Of a DNA stretch of 64,000 nt, positions 42,919 through 53,720 are shown in pieces. A program made the translations under genes and the position numbers. Position 1 is the first letter of the stretch; every line of letters begins with the position of its first letter. Under the pieces are notes generated by a model, which saw only the letters and a list, made by a program, of their open reading frames with translations, was not told where the DNA came from and did no database searches. Origin of the DNA: an uncultured Nitrospinota bacterium (GTDB lineage: Bacteria; Tectomicrobia; Entotheonellia; J063; CAVPRW01); assembly GCA_963707985.1 (NCBI GenBank), contig CAVPRW010000026.1, positions 1-64,000 of the forward strand. Direction: 5' to 3'.

Positions 42919-45864
42919 TGAAGAAGATTTTTGCACTCTTGTTCATCGTCTTGTGGCCCTTCTGCCAATCGACTGCCTATGCTGACGACCCCATGCTGGT
43001 TATCGACAGTGGGGGGCACATGGCTATTATTAGGAGCATCATGTTTACCAGCGACGGGAAATATCTGGTTTCCGCTGGTGATGACAAGGTGGTCCGGATT
43101 TGGGATGTCGCAACAGGCTAAGACCGTTCGGACCATCCGGGGTCAGATCGGCGACGGGAATGAGGGAAAGGTCTTTGCCGCGGCGCTCTCCCGAAATGAC
43201 AAATACCTGGCGGTGGGGGGATGGATGCACTCCGAATGTCCGGGGCAATGCGGAAACATCCGCCTATTCAATTATCAAAGTGGAGAGGTTATAGGGCTTC
43301 TTAAGGGGCATACGGATGCGGTGGATAATCTCGCCTTCTCCCCGGATGGCCGATACTTGGCCTCCGGTAGCAATGATCAAACGGTGCGGCTCTGGGATGT
43401 GAACCAGATGAAGGAAACTCATGTGCTTCGTGGCCATGGAGATTTTATTTATGCAGTAGCCTTCTCCCCAGATGGAAGCCGGGTATGTATCCGGAAGCAA
43501 TGATAAGACCCTGCGGCTGTGGGATGTGATGCAGGATAGACTGATCAAGGAGATGAAGGGACATACGGACAAGGTATGGTCCGCTGCCTTTTCGCCCGAC
43601 GGCCGTCATATCGCCTCTGGCAGCCTAGACAAGACCATCCGGCTCTGGGACGCCAAGACCGGCAAGTTCATCAAGGTCCTGGGCAGTCAGGGCACTGGCG
43701 TGGCCCGCCTCTCCTTTAGCCCGGACAGCCGATGGCTCCTCACAGGTTCAGAAGCGGGTGGTGAGAACATTTCTAATGTTTTCGCCGTCCCTTCAGGTGA
43801 TGTCATCGCCCGCTTTGAAAAGCATGATAACATCGTCATGAGCACCGGAGTCTCTCCAGACGGAAAGATGGTCGCCACCGGAGGAGGGAGTAACAAAGAG
43901 ATTTATCTCTGGAACCCGCGGAACGGGGAGGTCATCACAAAGCTGGCGGGCATGGGAGAGACTGTCTGGAACGTGGGGTACTCGCGCGACGGCCGCTCGA
44001 TCGCTTTTGGGAATAAACCCAACAACAAAGGCGCCAACGACCGAGGGCCATTGCAAACAATCATGACGTTAAAACAAGGGAATGATTACCAGATCGCGCT
44101 GGGGGGTGAAGTGGGTGAAAAGCCCGACTATCTCAGGGCCATAGAGCGACACGGCGATTATGAGCTGAAGACGCGCCAGGGTGGGGCGTATGGTTACCAG
44201 GCTATTCTGCAGATCCTCAAAGCGGGAAAGGTCATCCATGAGATCACCCGAGATTCCACGTCCGGTCTCGGTCACTACTCCTATACTTTTACCCATAATG
44301 GCCGCTACATCATCAGCGGCGGTGGCACCGGCGACCTTACCCTCTACGATACGGAAACGGGAAAGGAGGTGCGCCAGTTTGTCGGCCACACCAGCACTGT
44401 CTGGTCCATGGCAGTTTCACCTGACAACCAAACGCTGGTCTCTGGGTCCTATGATCAGACGGTGAGGCTCTGGGATATCGCGTCTGGCCGCAACCTCCTG
44501 ACCATGTTCGTCGGCTCTGATCACGAGTGGGTAGCCTGGACCCCGCAGGGCTACTACACTTCCAGCCTCCAGGGCGATCGGTACATCGGTTGGCATCTCA
44601 ATCAGGGGGAGGATAAAGCTGCCAAATACTATAGCGCCTCGCAATTCCAGAAACAATTCTACCGCCCCGATGTGGTAGCGGAGTACCTCAAAAGCCGCGA
44701 TATCCAGGTTGCCGTCCAACGCGCCAACGCCGAGCGCGGTGGGACGTATCGTGGACAACCAGACATCGCTGCACCGGATGTCTCGAGCTTTCTGCCACCG
44801 TTACTCTATGTCGTCGCCCCAACTCAAGAGCAGAGCACCGTGAGCCACGATTCTGTGTCGGTCAAAGCCGTCGCTCTCTCCCAGACCCTCCCGAGTCAGT
44901 GATCGTAAAGGTCTACCTCAACGGCATCCAGTTGGCAGGAGGGGCACAAGGTAAGGTCAAGGGGGCGCCATTTCAGCGGGAAGTGGAGCTGGAAGTCACC
45001 CTCGAAGAGGGGGTAAATACCCTGACCTTCATCGCTGCCAACGAGAAGGCGACATCCGAGCCCACCTTCAGGCGGATTTCCTACGCCGGCCGCAAGAAAG
45101 ACCAACGCCCCAACCTGATTCTTCTGGCCATCGGCATCTCTGAGTATCAGGACAAGAACTTCAAGTTGGATTTTGCCCATCAAGACGCCGTCGAGGTGGA
45201 GAAGGCCTTTAAGACGCAGGAAGGCCGCACCTTCGCCGAGGTCAGGACCAAGCGCCTCACCAATCAGCAAGCCACGCGGGCCGACATCATCCGAGGCCTG
45301 GACTGGCTCCGCCGGGAGGGCACGGAGAAGGATTACCGGCTGCTGTTTCTGTCTGGGCACGGTGGCGTAGACCGCCAGAGCAACTACTTCTTTTACTCCT
45401 ATGACCATGACCCTCAGGAGGACCTGGAGGTTTATGACGTCAGGTGGACCACCTTCTTGGACAAGCTCACCGCCGTTCCCGGCAAGGCGATTTTGATGGT
45501 GGATACCTGCCGCGCCGCGGCTCTCGCCGGCGGGCCGAAGACGAAAGGGCCGGTCAATTTCGAGGAGATCCTCAAAGAGATGCAGAGCGACTACCGTGGG
45601 CTCGTCACCTTCGCGGCTTCCACTGGGAGGCAGATGTCAATCGAGAAACGGGAGTGGGGTCATGGGGCGTTCACCAAGGCCCTGCTCGAAGGCCTCTCCG
45701 GCAAAGCCGACGGCTACGGCGGTAAGGCGGACGGATACATCGATACCAAGGAGCTCGGTGCCTGGATCATCGAGCGGGTCAGGGAGCTGACCGCTAAGGA
45801 ACAGCACGCCATTCACACCCAGCCCCCAGAGCTGCCGTCCTTCCCGCTCTACGTGGTCAGATAA
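42918..45864 (+). CDS. Exported WD40-repeat + caspase-like (peptidase C14) protein, three frameshifts (~43118, ~43482, ~44895)
   Basis: Signal MKKIFALLFIVLWPFCQSTAYA; many GH...FSPDG...WD repeats; WVAWTPQGYY linker; Ig-like segment; LAIGISEY, LSGHG, VDTCRA, HGAFTKALLEGL. Confidence 0.88.
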
Positions 45865-45907
45865 GGCCTCTCGCGAACAGGTGTGATTCAGGAGGAAGGA
45901 GAGAGTC

Positions 45908-46645
45908 ATGTCACGCATGTTCCGCCCTGTTCTCATCCTCTCCTGCTGGGCTTGGCTCGTCGCCACCGCCATACCCTGGCAGGAGGCCTGGTGTCAATCC
46001 TTCTGGGCTACCGTCCTGAGGGTGACGGGCATATCGGCGACTCCTAGCCAGCTGAAAGGTCCGGATGATGAAATCCAGGCTGGAGATATCTGGGTGGCTG
46101 ACCTGCCTCGGAAGACTCGGTTGCGGGTCACACGCCATGGCGGCTATCGCTCTCCTATCTTCTTGGCAGGCGATGAACATATACTCGCCCTGAAAGGAAA
46201 TACGATCATCCAGATTTCTGTCTCTGGAGGTGAGTCAAAAAATCTCCACACGCTTCCAGACATCGCGAAGATCGTCGGTTTGGATAAGGGGGATCCCGAC
46301 AAAGCTCTTATCCTCTTTCACAAGGCAGCGGCAAGCGACGTGGCGGGTGTGCTCTCGGTGAAGAGCGGGCAGGTGACCGTCCTGCCCTATGATCGCGAAG
46401 CCCAGGATGTCGCGGGCATGATCAACCATATGAAAGAATGGGAGAGGGTGTATGGCGACACCAAGGTTTATGTGAGGAGCGAGAGCAAGAGCGATATGGG
46501 CGGAACCGTCGGGTGGACCGACGTTTATCTCAAGCAGGGAAATAGTTCCCCGGTCAATGTCAGCAGGTGCGATGGGGTCAATTGTGGCCAGCCTTCTCTC
46601 TCTAATGACGGTCGGCAGGTGGTCTTTGTAAAGGCGCCAGAGTAA
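45908..46645 (+). CDS. Exported hypothetical protein with TolB/PD40-like blades
   Basis: GGAGGAAGG RBS; signal peptide; GDIWVADL...RVTRHGGYRSPIF and CGQPSLSNDGRQVVFVK. Confidence 0.7.
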   Translation: MSRMFRPVLILSCWAWLVATAIPWQEAWCQSFWATVLRVTGISATPSQLKGPDDEIQAGDIWVADLPRKTRLRVTRHGGYRSPIFLAGDEHILALKGNTIIQISVSGGESKNLHTLPDIAKIVGLDKGDPDKALILFHKAAASDVAGVLSVKSGQVTVLPYDREAQDVAGMINHMKEWERVYGDTKVYVRSESKSDMGGTVGWTDVYLKQGNSSPVNVSRCDGVNCGQPSLSNDGRQVVFVKAPE

Positions 46646-47024
46646 GTGAGGTAGCCGGAGTCATGTGGTGTACCGGCCTAATGCCGCAGGGAAATTGCGC
46701 TCAAGTATTCTCCTGAGGACCCGCATGGTGGTGGGCCGAGGTGCGAGTAAAATATCTGAGATTCGATTGTCCCGGAGGCTGGAGCAACTGCCCGCACCCG
46801 GAAGACCTATTGCGAGGCTTGCTCGGCGTGGAGGGGGATGTGCTCTTCTCGCACAGGCGTGGATTCGATGGATGGCCTGAACGCCCCGCACTGCGAGAGC
46901 AAACAATCGACCTCACAACCACGACTCTCAACGTAATGCTCATGGGCTGCAGCTCGCCAGTCATCGATACGCAGAGCCTGAGCGTTGCCCAGTATCCAGG
47001 GCTGGCCAGACAGGCAGAAGAAGC

Positions 47025-47915
47025 TCAACGCCAGCGGCACGCGCGATGGCACTGTACGAACAGATCGGCCGGCTGAAGATGGACCTGGCGTGGGTGAAAA
47101 AAAACGCGACCCGCGTCGGCTGACGACACGCGCGGGCTGATCGAGCCAGGGCCTGCAGCCCTGCGTCTGCGCCGGCCGTGCGAACGGCTGGGCCTGAACC
47201 GGGCGACGTGGGACGACGAGCCGCGGGGCGAATCGGACTGGCACGTGCGGTTGATGCGGCTGATCGACGAGCCGTGCCTGCGCGCGCCGATCGACGGGGT
47301 GCCGCGCAGGACGGCGTCTCTGGCACAGACGACGCCGCGTGCGGTCAACGCCAAGCGTGTGCGGCGCTTGATGCGGCTGATGGGCGTGCAAGCGATCGAC
47401 CCAAAGCCGCGCACGACGCTGGGAAGCCGGGACCATGCGGTATGTCCGTACCTGTGGCGTGGGGTCGAGAGCGTGCGGCCCCATCAGGTCTGGTCAACCG
47501 ACATCACCGACGTGCCGATGCGGCAAGGGTTCATGTAGCTGGTCGCGATCTTGGACTGGTACAGCCGTGACGTGCTGGCCTGGGAGTTGTCCAATAGCCT
47601 GGACGGCGAGTGTTGCCTGACGACCCTGGAGCACGCGCTGCCGCTCGGCACGCCGGAGATCGGCAACACGGAGCAGGGCGCGCAGTGCACCGCACCGGCC
47701 TGCACGGGCCGGCTGCAGGCCGAGGGCATGCGCGTGCGCATGGATGGGCGCGGGCGCGCGTGTGACCCCATCTGCGTGGAGCGACTGTGGCGCCCGGTCA
47801 CGTACGCGGACCTCGACATCAACGACGACGCCCGCGTGGCGGCGTTGCTGGTCGGCCTCACGCGCGATTGGCACTTTTACCACCATGAGCGCCTGCATCA
47901 GCGTCTCGGACGATC
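47025..47915 (+). mobile_element. Degraded IS3-family element (orfA end + orfB integrase core)
   Basis: LYEQIGRLKMDLAWVKK with A8 slippery site; VNAKRVRRLMRLMG, VWSTDIT, DWYSR, MDGRGRA; internal stop at 47536. Confidence 0.85.
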
Positions 47916-47974
47916 ACCGTCGTCTGTCGCGATCGGAGCGAACTCTACGCCGACGGGATTCGCCGGGGGGGGGC

Positions 47975-48375
47975 CCCAAGCCGTCTGTGGTCTCTCCCTT
48001 GGGAAGGCGCAGATGCTGGCCGGCCATCTGGAGGAGGCACACGCCCTCACCGAGGGTGTGCTGGCGCATGCCCGTGAGCGACAGGAACATGGCTACCAAG
48101 CGTATGCCGTGCGCCTGCTCGGCGATATTGCGGCGCGGCGCGAGCCTCCGGAGAGTGATCAGGCCAAAGATGACTACTGCCAGGCCCTGGCCGAGGAGTT
48201 TGGCATGCGGCCGCTCGTGGCCCACTGCCACCTCGGCCTCGGCATGCTGTATGCCACGGCCGGCCGGCCAGAGCAGGCCCGCCCCGAACTGTCCGCCACC
48301 ATCGCGCTGTACCGCTCCCTAGAGCTGACCTTCTGGCTGCCCCAGGCAGAAGCCGCGCTGGCACAGGTGGGATAA
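47975..48375 (+). pseudogene. C-terminal TPR fragment of an adenylate/guanylate cyclase-ATPase-TPR protein
   Basis: GMRPLVAHCHLGLGMLY...LTFWLPQAEAAL. Confidence 0.75.
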
Positions 48376-48476
48376 TACACCACGACGGGGAGAGCAGCAG
48401 GCAACAGAGAGTTCAGGCTCAGGCTTCTCATGCTATAATGCAATCACACGGAAGCTGAAGCTGCGAGGGATGGATG

Positions 48477-48636
48477 ATGCCAACATTAGAGATCGAAATC
48501 CCCGAGCAGACGCTGGAATATCTGGACATCGAGCTGAGCGAATTTGCGATGGCGATGAGGACCATGGCCGCCCTGAAAATGTATGAGTTGGGCCGCCTCG
48601 CCTCCCGCCGGGCGGCTGTGCTTGCCGGTGTCTCAC
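48477..48636 (+). pseudogene. UPF0175-family (HTH antitoxin-like) N-terminal fragment
   Basis: LEIEIPE...AALKMYELGRLASRRAAVLAGVS, fused in frame to a cyclase fragment. Confidence 0.6.
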
Positions 48637-49620
48637 ATCGAGGCAAGGTCACCTATAACGCGCTGAAGCACCAGTTCCAGCTGGACGACGACCAGTTGGC
48701 GGTTCTTAAGGACGAGCTCCTTTACGTCCACCCGCAGGTGGTCGACGACGGCGGCCGTGACTTGCGCTGGACAGGCGATACAGCCACGACCCAGGTGCAC
48801 GCCCCACCAGCCCCCCAACAGGAACCGCCACTCATCAGCCAGACAGAGCACCCGCCCCAAGATGCCCCCCTACATACCACACCGCGGCCTCCTGAGGCGG
48901 AGCGCCGCCAGCTTACGGTCCTGTTCTGTGACCTGGCCGACTCCACCTATCTTTCTGGTCAGCTTGACCCGGAGGACCACCGCGAGGTCGTGCGGGCCCA
49001 CCAGGCGACCTGTGCAGAGGTGATACAGCGCTTTGAAGGGCATATCGGCCAGTATCTGGGCGATTGCCCTGCTGGTATATTTTGGCTACCCGCGAGCGCA
49101 TGAAGATGACGCTCAGCGGGCCGTGCGTACCGGCCTGGGCATCCTTGACGCTATGGCGACGTTGAACGCTTACCTAAAACAGACCCAAGGCCCGCGGCTC
49201 GCCGTCCGGATCGGCACCTATCCCGGGCTGGTGGTCGTAGGCACAATGGGGAACGGTGGCCGACACGAGCAGCTGGCTCTGGGAGAGACGCCCAACCTCG
49301 CAGCCCGGTTGCAAAGCCTAACTGCGCCCGACACGCTGACGATCAGCGACACGACGCACCGGCTGGTGCATGGTTATGTCCGCGGCGACGACCTTGGCCC
49401 CCACCGCCTGAATGGGGTCGAGACGCCCATGCGGGTATACCGTGGGGTGGGGGAAAGCGCCGCCCAGACCCAGCTCTGCTCTTGGGGGCTCACAGGGCAT
49501 TGGGGGCGACGTTGTTGGTGTGTGGAGAGTTGACCACCCAGGTGCACTTCGAGTAGGGGATTGCCCTCTATGACCCCCAACAGCATAGCGCTCTCGCCGT
49601 CGTATACGGACAGAACCAAG
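48637..49620 (+). pseudogene. Class III adenylate/guanylate cyclase-ATPase-TPR relic with frameshift and large internal deletion
   Basis: AERRQLTVLFCDL, QYLGD, AHEDDAQRAV, GETPNLAARLQ, then a jump to HFE*GIALYDPQQH. Confidence 0.8.
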
Positions 49621-49633
49621 GAGGTAGGAGCCG

Positions 49634-49933
49634 ATGAGGCTCATCCGTATCACCTAAGACCCTGAAGGAGACATCCTGTACCTTACCTTTGGGCAGCCCA
49701 CCGCAGCTACTGGATATCAGCTCTCCGACCAGTTGCTGCTGCGAGTAGATCCGCAAACCCAGAGGCCAGTTGAGCTGACGATCTTTAATTTCTCAGTGCA
49801 CGTGGCGGGCGGTTGCCAGCTCCCTTTGCCTGGGATAGAACAGTATCCCGAGACCAAAGCCTTATTGTTGCAGATCCTCGCGACTCCCTCGATCGCCCAT
49901 TTTCTAAGGGTTGCCGAGGGACAGCAGGGGTAA
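49634..49933 (+). pseudogene. DUF2283-like small protein with a premature stop at codon 8
   Basis: MRLIRIT*DPEGDILYLTF...LLRVDPQTQRPVELTIFNFS; AGGAG RBS. Confidence 0.6.
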
Positions 49934-50036
49934 GTGCTGTGCTTCTCCGTCCTTCTCTGCAAGAAACCGTTGTGGGGTAATACATGATGACAGTGCACTG
50001 CGAGCTTCCCTCTTGACATTCAAGGAGTAATCACAA

Positions 50037-51077
50037 ATGAAAAGGCCGTTGTTCGCCGCGCTCACCGTCATCGCGCTCATGGCCATCGCCGCGGGTATGG
50101 CCACCGCTGGCGCCCCCACTCGACAGGCCGAGCTGTCGGGAACTCTCAACCTGTTATGCACACCGCACATCCTCTGGTGCGAGGGCATGAAGACCGAATT
50201 TCAGAGAATTCATCCCAGGGTGACGGTTGAGTTCGTGCGCTTGTCCTCCGGTGAAGCGCTCACCCGCCTGCGTAACGAGAGGGCCAACCCGCAGTTCGAC
50301 ATCTGGTGGGGTGGGCCGAGCGATTCGTTCATCGCCGCCAAGCAGGAAGGTCTGCTCGAAGCCTACGACTCGCCCAATATGGCCAATCTCATCGATCCCA
50401 AGCTGATGAAGGATCCGGATAATTACTGGGCAGGTATCTACGTGGGCTCACTCGGTTTTGTCAGCAATACACATTTCCTGGAAAAACACCAACTGCAGCC
50501 GCCCGCCTCGTGGGATGATCTGCTCAACCCCGCCTTCAAGAACCAACTTGTCATGGCCCATCCCGCCAGCTCCGGCACGGCCTACACCGCGCTCATCACC
50601 GTCCTACAACTGAAAGGCGAGGAAAAAGGCTGGGAGTACTGGAAGCAGTTCCATCGCAATGTCTGGCAATATACCAAATCCGGCGCAGCACCCACCCAGC
50701 ATGTCGGACAGGGCGAGGCGGCCGTTGGGGTGGTCTTCTCCCACGATGTCATCGCTCAGCAGGAAAAGGGTTTACCGTTGATGTTGAGCTTCGCCGAGGA
50801 GGGCATGGGCTGGGAGATCGGTAGCATGGGGATCGTCAAAGGTGCCAAACACCCGACGTTGGCAAAGGCGTGGTTCGATTGGGCGCTGGAGCCCGCGATG
50901 CAAGACCTTGGCCCCGGCTATGCTGCCTATCAGGCGCCTACCGTGCAGGGTGCCAAGGCGTCCCGGCCAGAGCTGCTGCAAGTCAAATTGATCGACTACA
51001 ATTTCGAGTATGCGGGTAAGAACAGGAAGGCATTCATCGACAAGTTCACCAACGACATCGCTGCCGCGCGCCCATAG
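50037..51077 (+). CDS. ABC substrate-binding protein (AfuA/FbpA-like; sugar-phosphate or Fe3+)
   Basis: Signal peptide, LSSGEAL, DIWWGG, PASWDDL, HPASSGTAYT. Confidence 0.88.
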   Translation: MKRPLFAALTVIALMAIAAGMATAGAPTRQAELSGTLNLLCTPHILWCEGMKTEFQRIHPRVTVEFVRLSSGEALTRLRNERANPQFDIWWGGPSDSFIAAKQEGLLEAYDSPNMANLIDPKLMKDPDNYWAGIYVGSLGFVSNTHFLEKHQLQPPASWDDLLNPAFKNQLVMAHPASSGTAYTALITVLQLKGEEKGWEYWKQFHRNVWQYTKSGAAPTQHVGQGEAAVGVVFSHDVIAQQEKGLPLMLSFAEEGMGWEIGSMGIVKGAKHPTLAKAWFDWALEPAMQDLGPGYAAYQAPTVQGAKASRPELLQVKLIDYNFEYAGKNRKAFIDKFTNDIAAARP

Positions 51078-51090
51078 ACGCTAGGAGGGC

Positions 51091-52074
51091 CGCGCCCTGT
51101 TCCGCTCAGTTACCCGCCGCTACCACGAACTCGTATTGCTGGCGCAAGACCAGGTACTCCTGGCGGGCTTGATGGTGTGCGGGACCTTCATCCTGATATT
51201 CATCGTCTGGCCGCTGGTGCGCGTCATCTCTCAGGGGTTCTTTACTCCCGACGGGCAGTTCAGCCTCGAACAATTCAGGCGGTACATCGACCCTACCTCT
51301 GGCCGCCATTATCGCCTCATCTTCCTCGATACCGTGCAAATGGGCACCCTGAGTGCCCTGCTGGGGACCATCCTTGGCTTCAGCTTTGCGTACAGTTATG
51401 TGAACTGCGCCATCCCATGCAAGCGCCTCGTCCACCTCGTCGCCCTCATCCCGACGATTTCGCCGCCGTTTTCCATCGCCATTGCCGCCATCTTGCTGTT
51501 TGGGCGCAACGGTTTGGTGACACGGCGATTCCTGGCCGACGGCATCGGCGTTGATGTCTATCATTTGGGTTTCGATCTATTCGGCATGATTGGTCTGGTC
51601 TTCGTGCAGACCGTCACCTTTTTCTCGGTCGCGTATCTCATCCTGCGCGGCATGCTGGAACGACTCGACCCCGCCCTGGAGGAGGCGGCCGAAAATCTGG
51701 GAGCTTCGCGATGGCGGATCTTCCGCACCGTGACCCTGGCACTCCTTATCCCTGGGATAGCCGGGTCGTTCTTGCTGCTGTTCGTCGAAAGCCTGGCGGA
51801 CCTGGCCAACCCGTTGTTCATCGCCGGCCTCATCTTCAGTTTTGCCAGGCACGTCACTAGCCTGTCGGCGATCATTTTTCTCACAACCCCGCGCTGGCGG
51901 ATTCTCACCGCCCTGATCCTGAGTGAAGTGGAGCAGGGCGGGATGAGTGTGGCGGCGGCATACTCCGTGCTGCTGATCGCGCTGGTGTTCGGCGCCATTG
52001 CCGTCATGTCCGCGGTGGCGGGATGGACATTTCAAGCGGAAGGGCGCGTCGATATGGCACTAGGAGCCGGATAG
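51091..52074 (+). pseudogene. FbpB/AfuB-type ABC permease with internal deletion and no clear start codon
   Basis: Single EAA loop (EEAAENLGAS); ESLADLANPLFIAG joined directly to the second-half motif LIFSFARHVTSLSAIIFL. Confidence 0.65.
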
Positions 52075-52085
52075 CAGGAGGCGTT

Positions 52086-53084
52086 ATGGCCGTGACCGTT
52101 GGCATCATCGGAGCAGGTTACATTGGCACCGTGCACGCCAAGAATCTCATCACCGACGCACGTGTACACATCCTGGGAGTGGTTGATGTCGTCACGCCGA
52201 AGGCTGAGGAGTTGGCGCGTCTGGTCCATGGGCGTACCTTTCCCAGTGCCGAGGCCCTCTTCGAAGCTGATGTCGAGGCCGTGTATGTCTGTACCCCCAA
52301 TACCCTGCATACGGAGGCGGTGCTGGCGGCCTTGCAGCGTGGTGTCCATGTTTTCTCCGAGAAGCCCATGGCGACAACGCTGCCTGAAGCCCAACAGATC
52401 CTCGATGTCGCCCGCACCAGTCGGGCACTCTATCAAATCGGCCATAATCGCCGCTTTGCCCCGGTGTATAAGTTTGCCAGGCAGAAAATCCTCGAGGGCT
52501 TCAGGCCCACTTCGGCCAACGTCAAGATGAATCGCGGCGAATTGCAGCAGCCAGCCTGGGTCGGAGACGTCCACGTTACCGGTGGTTTTTTGTATGAGTC
52601 CACCGTGCATCTTCTCGATATAATGCGTTGGCTGATGGGTGATATCGTGGATGTCGAGTGCCGAGCGCAGTCGAATTTTTATCATGAGCTTGACGACTTC
52701 GTCATGATGTTGACCTTTGCCAGCGGCCAGCACTGCGCTTTCACGTCCTGCGCGCATGCCTCCTGGGCGTTTCCCTTTGAACGCATAGAGTTGTATGGCG
52801 ATCACGCCCAGCTTGTGACCCAGGAGATGGAGCAAGTGGCGTACGCACCGGGGTTGGGGCAGGCCATCGTGCGGCACGATTTTTCCCAGCTCGCCGTGCC
52901 GGATAAATGGGGTTATCGCGAGGAGGACACGCGGTTTGTCGATGCCATCATCGAGGGCACGCCACCGCCCGTGACTGCAGAGGACGGTTACAAAGCCATC
53001 GAGTTGGTGGAGGCCTGCTATCGCAGCGCACAGCGCGCCGGCGCCCGTATCCGGCTGCCTCTCAATGGAAGGGCCGCTTTTTGA
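52086..53084 (+). CDS. Gfo/Idh/MocA oxidoreductase (inositol dehydrogenase-like)
   Basis: GIIGAGYIG, CTPNTLH, EKPMA, GHNRRFAP, GGFLYESTVH. Confidence 0.9.
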   Translation: MAVTVGIIGAGYIGTVHAKNLITDARVHILGVVDVVTPKAEELARLVHGRTFPSAEALFEADVEAVYVCTPNTLHTEAVLAALQRGVHVFSEKPMATTLPEAQQILDVARTSRALYQIGHNRRFAPVYKFARQKILEGFRPTSANVKMNRGELQQPAWVGDVHVTGGFLYESTVHLLDIMRWLMGDIVDVECRAQSNFYHELDDFVMMLTFASGQHCAFTSCAHASWAFPFERIELYGDHAQLVTQEMEQVAYAPGLGQAIVRHDFSQLAVPDKWGYREEDTRFVDAIIEGTPPPVTAEDGYKAIELVEACYRSAQRAGARIRLPLNGRAAF

Positions 53085-53141
53085 GGGCTGAGCCAAGAGC
53101 GTTCATCACTCGGCCCGCAGTCTTGTGTTATCTGGAGCCCT

Positions 53142-53720
53142 ATGTATCTCACTCTTGACCATCTCACGAAGATCTTTCCAGCGCGCGGCAAGGCAGCCGA
53201 AGTCACTGCCGTCGACGATGTCTCGCTCGGCATCGAGCAGGGCGAGTTTGTCACGCTCCTTGGCCCATCGGGCTGCGGCAAGACTACCACTCTGCGCCTC
53301 ATCGCGGGTTTCGAGTTTCCGGCGTCAGGCCACATCATCCTCGATGGTCGGTGTCTGGACGACGTGCCGCCCAACCGGCGTGACATGACCATGGTGTTTC
53401 AGAGTTACGCGATATTTCCGCATCTGAATGTCTTCGAGAACATCGCCTATCGGTTGAAGGTCAAACGGCTTTCCTCGCCAGAGATCCAGCATCGAGTTGC
53501 CGAGTGCCTGACCTTGACCGACCTCGCCGGGCTGGAGCAGCGCGCCCCCAATCAGCTGTCTGGCGGACAGCAACAACGGGTCGCGCTGGCCCGCGCCCTG
53601 GTCATGGAGCCGAAGGTCTTGCTGTTCGATGAACCCCTATCCAATCTGGACGCCAAACTACGTGAGCAGATGCGAGCGGAAATCCGCCGCATCCAGCAGA
53701 CTCTTGGCATTACCAGCGTT
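53142..53720 (+). pseudogene. ABC ATP-binding subunit (FbpC/PotA-like), truncated before the H-loop
   Basis: GPSGCGKT, LSGGQQQR, FDEPLSNLDAKLR; homology ends at LGITSV. Confidence 0.8.

Noticed and set aside
42918..44480. Repeated DNA motifs suggesting an array
   Set aside because: These are WD40 coding repeats, not CRISPR; no constant repeat with unique spacers and no cas genes in the window
46661..47024. Short overlapping ORFs between the protease operon and the IS3 remnant
   Set aside because: No recognisable motif or RBS; cannot be assigned to the operon
47551..48375. Integrase-TPR fusion protein
   Set aside because: Chance in-frame junction of a degraded IS3 orfB and a cyclase TPR tail; the DDE motifs are corrupted
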